From the NCBI GenBank assembly GCA_964467615.1, contig CAYXRK010000004.1:2961-66960 (forward strand): 64,000 nucleotides of DNA. The letters run 5' to 3'. Below are positions 1 through 8,830 of the stretch, in pieces (positions within the stretch are counted from its first letter, which is position 1; each line of letters begins with the position of its first letter). The translations under genes and the position numbers were made by a program. The notes below the pieces were generated by a model. That model had not been told where the DNA came from and made no database searches. It was given only the letters and a program-made list of their open reading frames with translations. Source of the stretch: an uncultured Nitrospirales bacterium (GTDB lineage Bacteria; Hydrogenedentota; Hydrogenedentia; Hydrogenedentales; GCA-2746185).

Positions 1-19
1 CACCGGGCAAGTCGGCGAA

Positions 20-589
20 TTGGAAGTGGCCGCGGCGCGCGCACAATCGACGCGCGATACGCTTCTGCACAATTTGGATCTGATGATCGTGCAGATCGAG
101 GGCGGCATCGGGTTGACGCCAGCGAAGTATTCGCGCGACGGACGCCTTGCCAAGGCGCGGGAGTTGCGCGACGGAGTGGGTGGCATGAATTGGGTCGATC
201 CCGAAACCCTTGACGGGTACACCGAATTGTATCTGAGCGAAATGCAAATCGGTTCGTCTCGGGAGTATTTCTTCGCGAAGATTCCGATTCATGATCAGCT
301 TGGGAGTGAATTCACGAAGTGGGCCGAATGCCTGATGAACGGAAACTGGAGCGTGTATTTCCGGACGATTGACGGAACGAACGTCGGCAGTTACGAAAAC
401 ATCTCGACGACAAACGTTCCTGAGTACCGGTTCCGCGAAGATTTGCCAGCGAACACCAAGCTTGAAATTGAAGAACAAATTGTCGCCGCCCGCGTGCCGG
501 ACTTCGCGGAGAAGGTGGCGGTGCTTGAGGGCAAGCAAGCCGTGTACGACACCAAAACGGGGCTCCAAAAGACATTCGAATCGCTGTAG
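20..589 (+). CDS. hypothetical protein (5' end may lie upstream of window)
   Basis: 189-aa ORF using TTG at 20; reading frame is open to the window edge; no recognisable family motif; a hairpin+T-tract follows the stop. Confidence 0.45.
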   Translation: MEVAAARAQSTRDTLLHNLDLMIVQIEGGIGLTPAKYSRDGRLAKARELRDGVGGMNWVDPETLDGYTELYLSEMQIGSSREYFFAKIPIHDQLGSEFTKWAECLMNGNWSVYFRTIDGTNVGSYENISTTNVPEYRFREDLPANTKLEIEEQIVAARVPDFAEKVAVLEGKQAVYDTKTGLQKTFESL

Positions 590-609
590 TCCACTTACGA
601 ATAGTTGTC

Positions 610-650
610 GCCGCGCGGGGCGCTTCGTCTCGCGCGGTGTTTGTATTTCG
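610..650 (+). terminator. putative intrinsic terminator
   Basis: inverted repeat ccgcgcg (611-617) / cgcgcgg (631-637) followed by T-rich tttgtattt, just after stop at 589. Confidence 0.35.
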
Positions 651-735
651 CGCGCGACCGAATTGGGCCCGATCGCGTTTTGGAGCACGGGGCGCGCCTA
701 TGCTAATGTGTGGGCGTACGGGGGAGTCGCGCCGC

Positions 736-1200
736 ATGTTTTTTCGCTTGTCGTCCCTAGGTCTATGTCTTTTCGCCATGCCGTTCTGTGGGGGCTGCGC
801 CACATCGGCGCCGGACGCCACCGGCTTTGCCTTAGTCGAATCCGCCGTCGTTGATGGGGCGTACGTGGACGTCTGGCAGGCGAGCAAGAAGGTGCTCCGG
901 GACGAAGAACTGATCGTATTTACCCGGGACAAACGCGGCCTTTTCGTCGCGTACGATGACCTTGGACGGCACCGTCTCGTGCCGCGCCGCAGACAGTTCT
1001 CGGTCGTCGTCGAGGAAGTGTCGGCGACTTCGTCAAAAGTGACGATCGAGACGCTGGATCAGGAATACGGCGTGCGCCTGCTGAAGTACCCCGATTGGCA
1101 CGACCGCAAGACTACGGAAACGGAACGGGGCTCGGCGATTCTTGAGGCGATCAAAGCGGGGGTGACGAATCCGGCGGGCGAGGCGGAAGCGTCGGAATAA
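736..1200 (+). CDS. hypothetical secreted/lipoprotein-like protein
   Basis: ORF 637..1200; ATG at 736 gives N-terminus MFFRLSSLGLCLFAMPFCGGC resembling a signal peptide ending in Cys; no family assignment. Confidence 0.5.
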   Translation: MFFRLSSLGLCLFAMPFCGGCATSAPDATGFALVESAVVDGAYVDVWQASKKVLRDEELIVFTRDKRGLFVAYDDLGRHRLVPRRRQFSVVVEEVSATSSKVTIETLDQEYGVRLLKYPDWHDRKTTETERGSAILEAIKAGVTNPAGEAEASE

Positions 1201-1275
1201 ATGAGCATGCCGGGAGTATATTGAGGAGCGGTCGTTGGTCGGTGATGGAATCGGCGAAAAAGCGCGGGGGGGATT

Positions 1276-1315
1276 TTGACCGCTGACACACGCGTTCTAA
1301 CTTCGGTGTTATAAT
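1276..1315 (+). promoter_or_regulatory. possible promoter with extended -10
   Basis: ttgacc at 1276 and TGtTATAAT extended -10 at 1307-1315, about 45 nt upstream of ORF at 1361; -35/-10 spacing is non-canonical so weak call. Confidence 0.25.
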
Positions 1316-1360
1316 GTGTAAGACGGGCTCGGTGGGGCCTGGGAAAGGCGGATTAAGCTG

Positions 1361-1807
1361 ATGCTCTCTTTGATTGAAGTACAGTGTCCACATTGTGGCG
1401 CTAAGGGCCAGATCATGGTGCCTCCGGTCGGCTCGATAATTATAGGTCCATGCCCACAGTGCAAGGAATTGGTTGTGGTGTTTTGCGGACAGGTCTTGGC
1501 GCTCGAGAAGCAGATCATGGAAAATGGCCCGCTCGAGGAACGGCAGGAACATCTGCTTTCCGTATTGAACGATTTTCTTCGTGACCGCGTGACCAAGTTG
1601 ATGAGTGACGCGGAAAAAGGGGGAGAAAGCCGTATGAACGACGGATTTGATGCACCGGAAGAAGCTGCGGAGGGCCCAGAAGCGGACAGCGAAAATACCA
1701 CCGCGTTGCCCGAGGGCTCGATTACTCAAACCGAATTAGATCGATTCTTGGAAGTAGACCTTAAGTTGCTCGACAATAAGGCCTACTTTAAGTCGGTATT
1801 CGGCTAG
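1361..1807 (+). CDS. zinc-ribbon domain hypothetical protein
   Basis: 148-aa ORF; N-terminal CPHC...CPQC Cys pairs typical of a zinc ribbon; acidic C-terminus; purine-rich RBS-like sequence upstream. Confidence 0.5.
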   Translation: MLSLIEVQCPHCGAKGQIMVPPVGSIIIGPCPQCKELVVVFCGQVLALEKQIMENGPLEERQEHLLSVLNDFLRDRVTKLMSDAEKGGESRMNDGFDAPEEAAEGPEADSENTTALPEGSITQTELDRFLEVDLKLLDNKAYFKSVFG

Positions 1808-1839
1808 TCGTACGCCGTTTTACTCTGATCGCGATGCCA

Positions 1840-1870
1840 AAGACGGCCGATGGTCGCCTTTTTTCTTTTG
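1840..1870 (+). terminator. putative intrinsic terminator
   Basis: imperfect GC stem gacggcc/ggtcgcc (1842-1858) followed by tttttt-ctttt, about 35 nt after stop of ORF 1361..1807. Confidence 0.4.
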
Positions 1871-1930
1871 GGTCAGCTTTGACTTGAAGATGCGTACGAG
1901 GCATTCTCACGCTGAGGGGTCGTTGTCCTG

Positions 1931-2359
1931 ATGTTTGAACTTTCCGCAGACCCCATTGATCCCGGGCCACTACAAGTCGAGCTTGAAAACTCGGCGGCGG
2001 GCGCGTGTGTCACGTTCGAAGGATGGGTGCGTAATGATAACGACGGCCGCGAGGTCACGCTGCTAGAGTACGAGGGTTACGAGGAAGTCGCCACGAAAGA
2101 AGGGCGCAAGATCATCGAGGAAGCTAGGTCGAAATTTGACCTCATGGGAACGAGTTGCGTGCATCGGGTCGGGCGGCTGGACATCGGCGATATGGCGGTC
2201 TGGGTTGGCGTAACGGCAGGACATCGTGGCGAAGCGTTCGACGGCTGCCGATTCATCATCGAGGAAGTTAAGCACCGGCTGCCGATTTGGAAGAAGGAGC
2301 ACTACGCTTCCGGCGATTCGGGCTGGGTCAACTGTGAAATCGCCCAGGCCCATGAATAG
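1931..2359 (+). CDS. moaE: molybdopterin synthase catalytic subunit MoaE
   Basis: 142 aa; conserved MoaE-type segments ...VGVTAGHRGEAF... and ...RLPIWKKEHY...; typical MoaE size. Confidence 0.7.
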   Translation: MFELSADPIDPGPLQVELENSAAGACVTFEGWVRNDNDGREVTLLEYEGYEEVATKEGRKIIEEARSKFDLMGTSCVHRVGRLDIGDMAVWVGVTAGHRGEAFDGCRFIIEEVKHRLPIWKKEHYASGDSGWVNCEIAQAHE

Positions 2360-2508
2360 CGATCTATCAGGCATCGCCCGATTTTCGCAATTGATTCCCG
2401 TTGGCTGACCCCCGGGAGACGGTCCGGTGGACATGGATCCGTCCAAAATTGAGCGGCTATTCCGTACGCAACGATTGGGTGTTCTTCGCAAAAAGGGAAC
2501 GTCGAACG

Positions 2509-5181
2509 ATGAAAATTTCGGACACGCCAACTGCTATACCGCTCCGCAGGCGCAGAGCTCTGGATGTTTTGCCTGGCGCTCTCAATCGCGTTAACGCTCG
2601 ACTGCAACTACGCTGTTTCGCGACAATTTGCTTTACTGCCGCCGCCACGCTGGGCCAGGTGGTCGGGCCGACCGGCGATGGCAGCGTCATCGTACCGACG
2701 GGCCATTCGATCCAGCCGGCGGGAAAGGCGGTGGAGTTTGAGGGGCGTCCGGTGGATATCGCGCTTTCGCCGGACGGCAAGACGCTGTACGGGAAAGATC
2801 ATCGCGGCTTGTTCGTTGTAGATACCGCGACATGGACGCTCATGCAGGAGTTGCCATTCGCTAACGACACGGGTGGATCCATGCACGGCATCGCCGTATC
2901 CACCGATGGCGGCCGGGTGTACGCGACGACGGCGCAGAATCTTCTCTGGGAGGCAAAGGTGGGGCCGGATCGGCGGCTCACTCTCGAGCGAGCGATCGCG
3001 CTTCCAGGGCCGGAGAGTGAGGACTCGGCGTCGCACGGGACCGGCATCGCGCTCTCCGAGCTTCGACCACTGGCGCTCGTGTGCCTTTCGCGCAACAACT
3101 CGTTGGCCTTGGTGAATCTAAACGACGGACGCAAGGAAGAAGAGATTCTCGTAGGTGTCGCGCCCTACGACGTAGTGATCGATCCGCACGGCCTCACGGT
3201 GTACGTGTCGAATTGGGGTGGACGATTTCCAACGGCGGGCGACCGGACGGCGGAATCGTCGGGGACGCCGACGGTGATCGATGAGCGAGGCGTTGCGGCG
3301 ACGGGCAGCATTTCGATTGTGGACTTGGCCGCGCGGAAGGAAGTCCGGCAGATAGCGGTGGGGTTGCATCCCTCGGACCTGGCGTTGACGAAGGACGGGA
3401 AATTCCTCTACGTCGCGTGCGCCAATTCGGACGAGGTGTGCGTCATCGACACGGCGGTCCACGAGGTCATCGAGTCGTTTTCCGTCCGGCCCAATGCGGC
3501 GCTGCCGTTCGGAAGCTTACCGAACGCGATTGCTCTCGGGCCACGTGAAGACCGGCTTTACGTGGCGAACGGGGGGAACAACGCGGTCGCCGTTGTCGAC
3601 GTTGCGCCGGAACGGAGGCGTGCAAGCGTTGTACGGGGGTTTATTCCGGCGGGCTGGTTTCCCGCGGCGCTTACCGCGGACGCTGACCGACTATACGTTG
3701 CCAACGCGAAGGGCATCGGTTCGCGGAGCAAACACGCGGGCCAGCGGGGTTGGGACGTGTATTGGCACCGGGGGTCGGTGTCGCAGGTGGCGTATCCGGC
3801 AGAGGCCGAACTGGCAAGCTACACCGAAAGCGTCCTTACGAATGCGCGGCTGCCGCAGGCGCTGCGCGCATGGGAGCGCTCGAACGAAACGCGCAAGGCA
3901 GTGGCGGTGCCCGCCGCACTGGGTGAGCCGTCCGTTTTCGAGCATGTAATCTATGTCGTGAAAGAAAACCGGACCTACGATCAGGTCTTCGGCGATCTGC
4001 CGCAAGGGAATGGCGACCCGGAGTTGTGCATATTTCCTCGGGAGCTTACGCCCAATCATCACGCGCTCGCCGAACAGTTTGTATTGTTAGATAACTATTA
4101 TTGTAATGGCATTAATTCGGCGGACGGACACGCTTGGTCGATGGAGGGCATCGTCACGGACCACCTCGAAAAATCGTTCGGCGGATTTACGCGGAGCTAC
4201 ACGTTCGGAAACGATCCGATTTCTTATGCGTCTTCGGGGTTTATTTGGGACAGCGTACTTTCGGCGGGATTGTCGTTCCGCAATTTCGGAGAGTTCAACG
4301 CTACAAGTTTGCCTTCGGCCTCGATCTCGTTTCTCGACGTCTATCGCGACTATACAGCGGAGACACGGTCGATCACGTTCACGCATAGCATCGGAGTCGA
4401 TAGACTGCGTACGTTCAGCTCGCCGGACTATCCCGGTTGGAACTTGAACATACCGGACCAATTGAGGGCCGATCTATTCATTCGAGAGCTGCACGCCGCG
4501 GAGGCCGACGGCGCTTGGCCGAGCATGACCATTGTGTACTTACCGCAGGACCACACGTCGGGCACAAAAGGGGGGATGCCGACGCCGCGCGCGCACGTCG
4601 CGGACAACGACCTCGCGCTCGGACGAATCGTCGAGGCCGTATCCAAAAGCCGGTTTTGGCCGAAGACGTGCATCTTTGTGATCGAGGACGATCCGCAGGA
4701 CGGGTTCGACCATGTGGACGGGCACCGGTCCCTTTGCCTGGTGGGCAGTCCCTACACGAAGCGCGGAAAAGTTGTCAGCGAATTCTATAATCAGACCTCG
4801 GTCCTCCACACGATGGCGCGTATCTTGGGAATTCCACCGCTCAATCAGATCGATTCGTCCGCGCCGTTGATGTCGAAGTGTTTCCGCAACAAAGTGGACT
4901 TGACTCCGTACACCGCGCTGTCGGCGAACGTGCGCCTGGATGAGATGAACCCGGCAAAAGCGGCGTTGGCTGACGATGCGCGCTATTGGGCCGAACGCAG
5001 CGCTGCACAACCGTTCGAAAGTTTCGACGAAGCAGACGACGACACACTGAATCGCATTCTCTGGCACGCCATGAAAGGATACGAAACCGAGTATCCGGCG
5101 CACCTCGCGGGCGCGCACGGAAAGGGATTGATGAAGTTGGGCCTCGTCGTGAATGGCAATGAGGAAGAAGGGGACGATTAG
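2509..5181 (+). CDS. bifunctional YVTN beta-propeller / phosphoesterase-family (phospholipase C / acid-phosphatase-like) protein
   Basis: ORF 2401..5181; ATG at 2509 with RBS aaaggg. N-terminal half has repeated LYVAN/VYVSN beta-propeller blades. C-terminal half carries phosphoesterase (PF04185-type) hallmarks HVIYVVKENRTYDQVFGDL, NHHALAEQFVLLDNYYC, DHVDGHRS. N-terminus RRRRAL suggests a Tat-like signal. Confidence 0.8.
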   Translation: MKISDTPTAIPLRRRRALDVLPGALNRVNARLQLRCFATICFTAAATLGQVVGPTGDGSVIVPTGHSIQPAGKAVEFEGRPVDIALSPDGKTLYGKDHRGLFVVDTATWTLMQELPFANDTGGSMHGIAVSTDGGRVYATTAQNLLWEAKVGPDRRLTLERAIALPGPESEDSASHGTGIALSELRPLALVCLSRNNSLALVNLNDGRKEEEILVGVAPYDVVIDPHGLTVYVSNWGGRFPTAGDRTAESSGTPTVIDERGVAATGSISIVDLAARKEVRQIAVGLHPSDLALTKDGKFLYVACANSDEVCVIDTAVHEVIESFSVRPNAALPFGSLPNAIALGPREDRLYVANGGNNAVAVVDVAPERRRASVVRGFIPAGWFPAALTADADRLYVANAKGIGSRSKHAGQRGWDVYWHRGSVSQVAYPAEAELASYTESVLTNARLPQALRAWERSNETRKAVAVPAALGEPSVFEHVIYVVKENRTYDQVFGDLPQGNGDPELCIFPRELTPNHHALAEQFVLLDNYYCNGINSADGHAWSMEGIVTDHLEKSFGGFTRSYTFGNDPISYASSGFIWDSVLSAGLSFRNFGEFNATSLPSASISFLDVYRDYTAETRSITFTHSIGVDRLRTFSSPDYPGWNLNIPDQLRADLFIRELHAAEADGAWPSMTIVYLPQDHTSGTKGGMPTPRAHVADNDLALGRIVEAVSKSRFWPKTCIFVIEDDPQDGFDHVDGHRSLCLVGSPYTKRGKVVSEFYNQTSVLHTMARILGIPPLNQIDSSAPLMSKCFRNKVDLTPYTALSANVRLDEMNPAKAALADDARYWAERSAAQPFESFDEADDDTLNRILWHAMKGYETEYPAHLAGAHGKGLMKLGLVVNGNEEEGDD

Positions 5182-6296
5182 AGGGCGGCGCGTTGCGAGG
5201 GGCCCGACTTGAAGACGAGGCCCAGAATGTCTCCCGCGATCAAGTCGCCGGCGGCGGGCTTGGCAAAGGCGGCGGCGGCGCGTGACATCGCTTCCAGAGT
5301 GGCCGGATCGTTGAACAGCGACCGGATTTTCGCGAGAAGAACTTCGGCGGTGAGGTCATTGTCGAGGATCACTTTGGCCGCCCCTGCGGTTTCGAAGGCG
5401 CGGGCGTTGTCCTCCTGGTGGCCTTCGGCAGCGTGCGGGTAGGGAATGAGGACGGATGGTTTGCCGAGCGCGGCGATTTCGGCGGTCATGGATGCGCCCG
5501 CGCGGGAAATGATGAGGTCGGCCGCCGAACATGCGGCCGCCATTTCGTTAATGAAAGCGCGGACGTGGACGGGAACCGGCGCGCCTTCCGCGCGTTTTCT
5601 GGCTTCGGTGACGCCGCTTTGTCCGGTCATCCAAAGGAGTTGGAATTCTCTTGTTTGCACTGCCGGGAGCATCGCTGCGACAGCGTCGTTAATACTGTGC
5701 GCACCCTGGCTTCCCCCGCACACGAGCACGACGCGGCGGTTGGGGTCGAGTCCGAACTCGGCGCAGGCGTGTTCGCGTTGCGGCGGGCGAAGGAACTCGT
5801 TGCGCACCGGGTTGCCGACGAGCCGCGCGCGCTCGGGATCGAACACGCCTTGCGTGTTTTCGTAACTGAGGAAGACCCGGTCGGCGCGGCGGGCGAGCAG
5901 TTGATTGGCGAGCCCCATCCGCTTGTTCTGTTCGTGCAGGACGGTGAGAATGCCCATGCGCTGGGCGGTCCACACGAGCGGGACGGAAACGTAGCCGCCG
6001 ACGCCGAGGACTACGTCGGGCCCAAAGCGCAGAAGCAACACGGCGGAGCGGACGACCGCTACCGCGAGGACAAGGGCTGTCCATAGTTTCTTCGCAGGGT
6101 GAGAACGAGGCCAGGGGCGGACACGTAGCGAACGGAACGCGACGCCGGCATTGGCGCTGACGCGCTGCTCGATCTTGCCACGCGCTCCGACCCATTGGAC
6201 GACGAGCCGGGGATCGCGCCGCTGAAGTTCCTGGAGCACGGCGACAGCCGGGGACGTGTGACCTCCCGTACCGCCACCGCTGATCATCAGGCGCAT
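5178..6296 (-). CDS. murG: UDP-GlcNAc:undecaprenyl-PP-MurNAc-pentapeptide GlcNAc transferase MurG
   Basis: 372 aa, N-terminal ISGGGTGGH motif of MurG; last gene of the dcw cluster; ATG at 6294-6296 (complement). Confidence 0.9.
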   Translation of the reverse strand: MRLMISGGGTGGHTSPAVAVLQELQRRDPRLVVQWVGARGKIEQRVSANAGVAFRSLRVRPWPRSHPAKKLWTALVLAVAVVRSAVLLLRFGPDVVLGVGGYVSVPLVWTAQRMGILTVLHEQNKRMGLANQLLARRADRVFLSYENTQGVFDPERARLVGNPVRNEFLRPPQREHACAEFGLDPNRRVVLVCGGSQGAHSINDAVAAMLPAVQTREFQLLWMTGQSGVTEARKRAEGAPVPVHVRAFINEMAAACSAADLIISRAGASMTAEIAALGKPSVLIPYPHAAEGHQEDNARAFETAGAAKVILDNDLTAEVLLAKIRSLFNDPATLEAMSRAAAAFAKPAAGDLIAGDILGLVFKSGPSQRAAL

Positions 6297-6305
6297 AGGG
6301 ACATG

Positions 6306-7445
6306 TTACGCGGCACGGGCCCGAGGTGCAGTGTTTACTCGGGGCGCGCGGGGGGCGCGATCCTCGATACGATGCGCGCGGAGGCCGACGCTGACGATGA
6401 TACCCATCAGACCCATGAAGACGATGAGCGAACTGCCGCCCCAACTGATGAAGGGCAAGGGCAGTCCCTTAGTCGGAAGCATGCCGGTAACGACGGCCAT
6501 GTTGACCGCGGCCTGGATTCCGACAAGGGCGGTGATGCCGGAGACGAGAAGCGCGCCGAAAAGGTCGCGTGCGTGGAATGCGATGCGAAGAGACACGTAG
6601 ATGAGCGCGAAGAAAAGCGAGAGGAGAATGAGCGATCCGACGAGGCCCATTTCCTCGGCCCAGACAGCGAAGATGAAATCGGTATGCGCCTCGGGAAGGT
6701 AGAGCAGCTTTTGTTCGCCCGCGCCAGGGCCTCTCCCCCACATTGCGCCTCGCGTGATCGCGGCGAGACTTTGGATGAGCTGGTAGCCGGAGGTGTCACG
6801 GTGACTCCAGGGATCGAGGAATGCGGTGAGGCGGGCGAGGCGGTGAGGGCTCGTGACGGAGAGCGCCCAGATTGCGCCGACGGCGGCAACGACGCCGGGA
6901 AAGAGAAACCTGCGCCGCGTTCCAGCGACGAAGAGCATGATGAAGGCGGTGGCGCAGATGACGGCGGGAGTGCCGAGGTCCTTTTCCAAAAAGACGAGCG
7001 CTGCGAAGACCAGTGTTATGAACGTCGGGGGGAGGAAACCCTTGAAGAAGCCGCGGATGTGTTCGCGGTTGTCGGAGAGTTTCACGGCGAGCAGAAGGAT
7101 AACGGCGAACTTGGCGAACTCGGAAGGCTGGAAGGAGAATCCGCCGACCTCGAGCCAGCGTTGCGCGCCGTTGCGTTCGTCGCCGACGCCGGGTATGAGC
7201 ACGAGCACGAGCAACGCGATCGAAAACGCCACGATAGAACGAAACAAGCCAGGGTCGCGGAGCCGGTGGTAATCGAAGTGCGCGGCGGTGAACATGGCGA
7301 GAAGGCCTCCGGCGACGTAGATCGCGAGGCGTATCAGGCGGGCGTCGGCGTCCTCGCCAACGATGCTGGCGCTGTAGACGATGAATACACCGTTCAAAAC
7401 CAGCGCGAGAACTAGAACGAGGACGGCGGTGGATTCGCGTTTCAT
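6306..7445 (-). CDS. ftsW: SEDS-family peptidoglycan glycosyltransferase FtsW
   Basis: ORF 6306..7592; internal ATG at 7445 (MKRESTAVLV...) overlaps murD stop as ATGA; multi-TM FtsW/RodA-like sequence; dcw position. Confidence 0.9.
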   Translation of the reverse strand: MKRESTAVLVLVLALVLNGVFIVYSASIVGEDADARLIRLAIYVAGGLLAMFTAAHFDYHRLRDPGLFRSIVAFSIALLVLVLIPGVGDERNGAQRWLEVGGFSFQPSEFAKFAVILLLAVKLSDNREHIRGFFKGFLPPTFITLVFAALVFLEKDLGTPAVICATAFIMLFVAGTRRRFLFPGVVAAVGAIWALSVTSPHRLARLTAFLDPWSHRDTSGYQLIQSLAAITRGAMWGRGPGAGEQKLLYLPEAHTDFIFAVWAEEMGLVGSLILLSLFFALIYVSLRIAFHARDLFGALLVSGITALVGIQAAVNMAVVTGMLPTKGLPLPFISWGGSSLIVFMGLMGIIVSVGLRAHRIEDRAPRAPRVNTAPRARAA

Positions 7446-8824
7446 GCGTGGGCCGCTCCAGTTGTAGCCGCGGCGCCGTCCGCCGACAATTGCCGGACGC
7501 ATTCCTTGAACACGCGGCCGCGATGCTCGAAGTTGTCGAACATGTCGAAGCTGGCGCAGGCGGGCGAGAGGAGGACGGCGTCGCCCGGGCAAGCAAATTC
7601 GCGGGCCGCATCAACTGCGTCTTCCATCGATTCGGCACGCTTGGCCGGGACAATGTCCGCGAAGGCGTTTTCGATTCGGGCCGCGTCTTCGCCGATCGTG
7701 ACTATCGCTTTGACATGATCGCGCACTCGGTCACGAAGATCGCGGTAGTCCCCGCCTTTTCCGCGTCCGCCCGCGATTAGCACGATAGGCGCGTCGAAGC
7801 TATCGAGCGCGACTTTTAGGCTGTCGGGATTGGTGGATTTCGAGTCGTTGTAGTAGGTCACGCCGTTCAACGCGAGGACTTTTTCGATACGGTGCTCGAC
7901 ACCTTTGAACGCGCGGAGGGCGAGTCGAACGCCGTCGCGAAAGCCGCCCGCGCAGGCCATGGTGACGGCGGCGAGAACGTTTTCGACGTTGTGATGGCCG
8001 GGAATCTGGATGTCGTCGAGCGAGGCGACGATTTGGTTCTCACCAAACACAATGTCGCGGCCGCGTACCCATGCGCCGGATGCGTGGCCGCGAGACGCGC
8101 TGAACTCCAAGCGTCGCGCGCCGGATCCGGAAAGCATCGTGCGAGTATGTTCATCGTCCGCATTTACCACAGCGTGATCGCCCGTACCTTGCGCGGCGAA
8201 TATGCGGGCCTTGGCGGCGACGTAGTCGTCCATCCCGCCGTGCCAATCGAGGTGATCGGGCGTTACGTTAAGAACAGTCGCAATCCATGGGCGAAATGTG
8301 TGCGCGTATTCGAGTTGATAGCTGCTGACCTCGAGCACGGCGTAGGGAGGTTGGTCTTGAATCAGGGCGAGATCGCTCGCGGGTGTCGCGTTGTTGCCTG
8401 CGAGGGCGACGGAATGTCCGCATGACTCGACGATTGCGCGCAACAACTCGGTGGTGGTGGTTTTTCCGTTGGTGCCGGTGATCGCGAGGATGCGCGAACG
8501 GATGAACCCGTGGGCGAATTCCAATTCGCTGATCACGGGTATACCCTTCTCGCGCGCGGCGCGAAGAAGCGGGTTGCTCAAGGGAACGCCGGGACCGGGG
8601 ACCACGAACGACGCGTTATCGAGGGGCGTGAGGGTATGTCCGCCTGTTTCGAAGTCGACGCCCACGCCGCGGAGTTCGTGTTGAAACGCGTCGAGATGTG
8701 GCCCGGCGGCGGCCTCCGAGACGAAGGGGCGCGCGCCCTCGCGCAACAAGAGGGCGATGAGGCTTCGGGCGGTTCGGCCCATGCCGATTACCGCGACTTT
8801 CTGGTTTCGTACGTCGTAGTTCAT
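7442..8824 (-). CDS. murD: UDP-N-acetylmuramoylalanine--D-glutamate ligase MurD
   Basis: 460 aa; N-terminal VAVIGMGRTARS Rossmann segment and ITGTNGKTTTT P-loop of Mur ligases; dcw position between mraY and ftsW. Confidence 0.9.
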   Translation of the reverse strand: MNYDVRNQKVAVIGMGRTARSLIALLLREGARPFVSEAAAGPHLDAFQHELRGVGVDFETGGHTLTPLDNASFVVPGPGVPLSNPLLRAAREKGIPVISELEFAHGFIRSRILAITGTNGKTTTTELLRAIVESCGHSVALAGNNATPASDLALIQDQPPYAVLEVSSYQLEYAHTFRPWIATVLNVTPDHLDWHGGMDDYVAAKARIFAAQGTGDHAVVNADDEHTRTMLSGSGARRLEFSASRGHASGAWVRGRDIVFGENQIVASLDDIQIPGHHNVENVLAAVTMACAGGFRDGVRLALRAFKGVEHRIEKVLALNGVTYYNDSKSTNPDSLKVALDSFDAPIVLIAGGRGKGGDYRDLRDRVRDHVKAIVTIGEDAARIENAFADIVPAKRAESMEDAVDAAREFACPGDAVLLSPACASFDMFDNFEHRGRVFKECVRQLSADGAAATTGAAHA

Positions 8825-8830
8825 GGTGAA

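Noticed and set aside
312-932. Overlapping ORFs 312..932(-), 369..854(+), 391..594(-) across the first two genes
   Set aside because: R/S/P-rich low-complexity translations typical of alternate frames in high-GC DNA; they overlap better-supported ORFs
5418-7653. Long antisense/alternate-frame ORFs inside murG and ftsW (5418..6086+, 5689..6444-, 6195..7415+ 406 aa, 6796..7653- 285 aa)
   Set aside because: Composition dominated by R/A/G/D/E runs; lie opposite or out of frame to genes with strong family signatures
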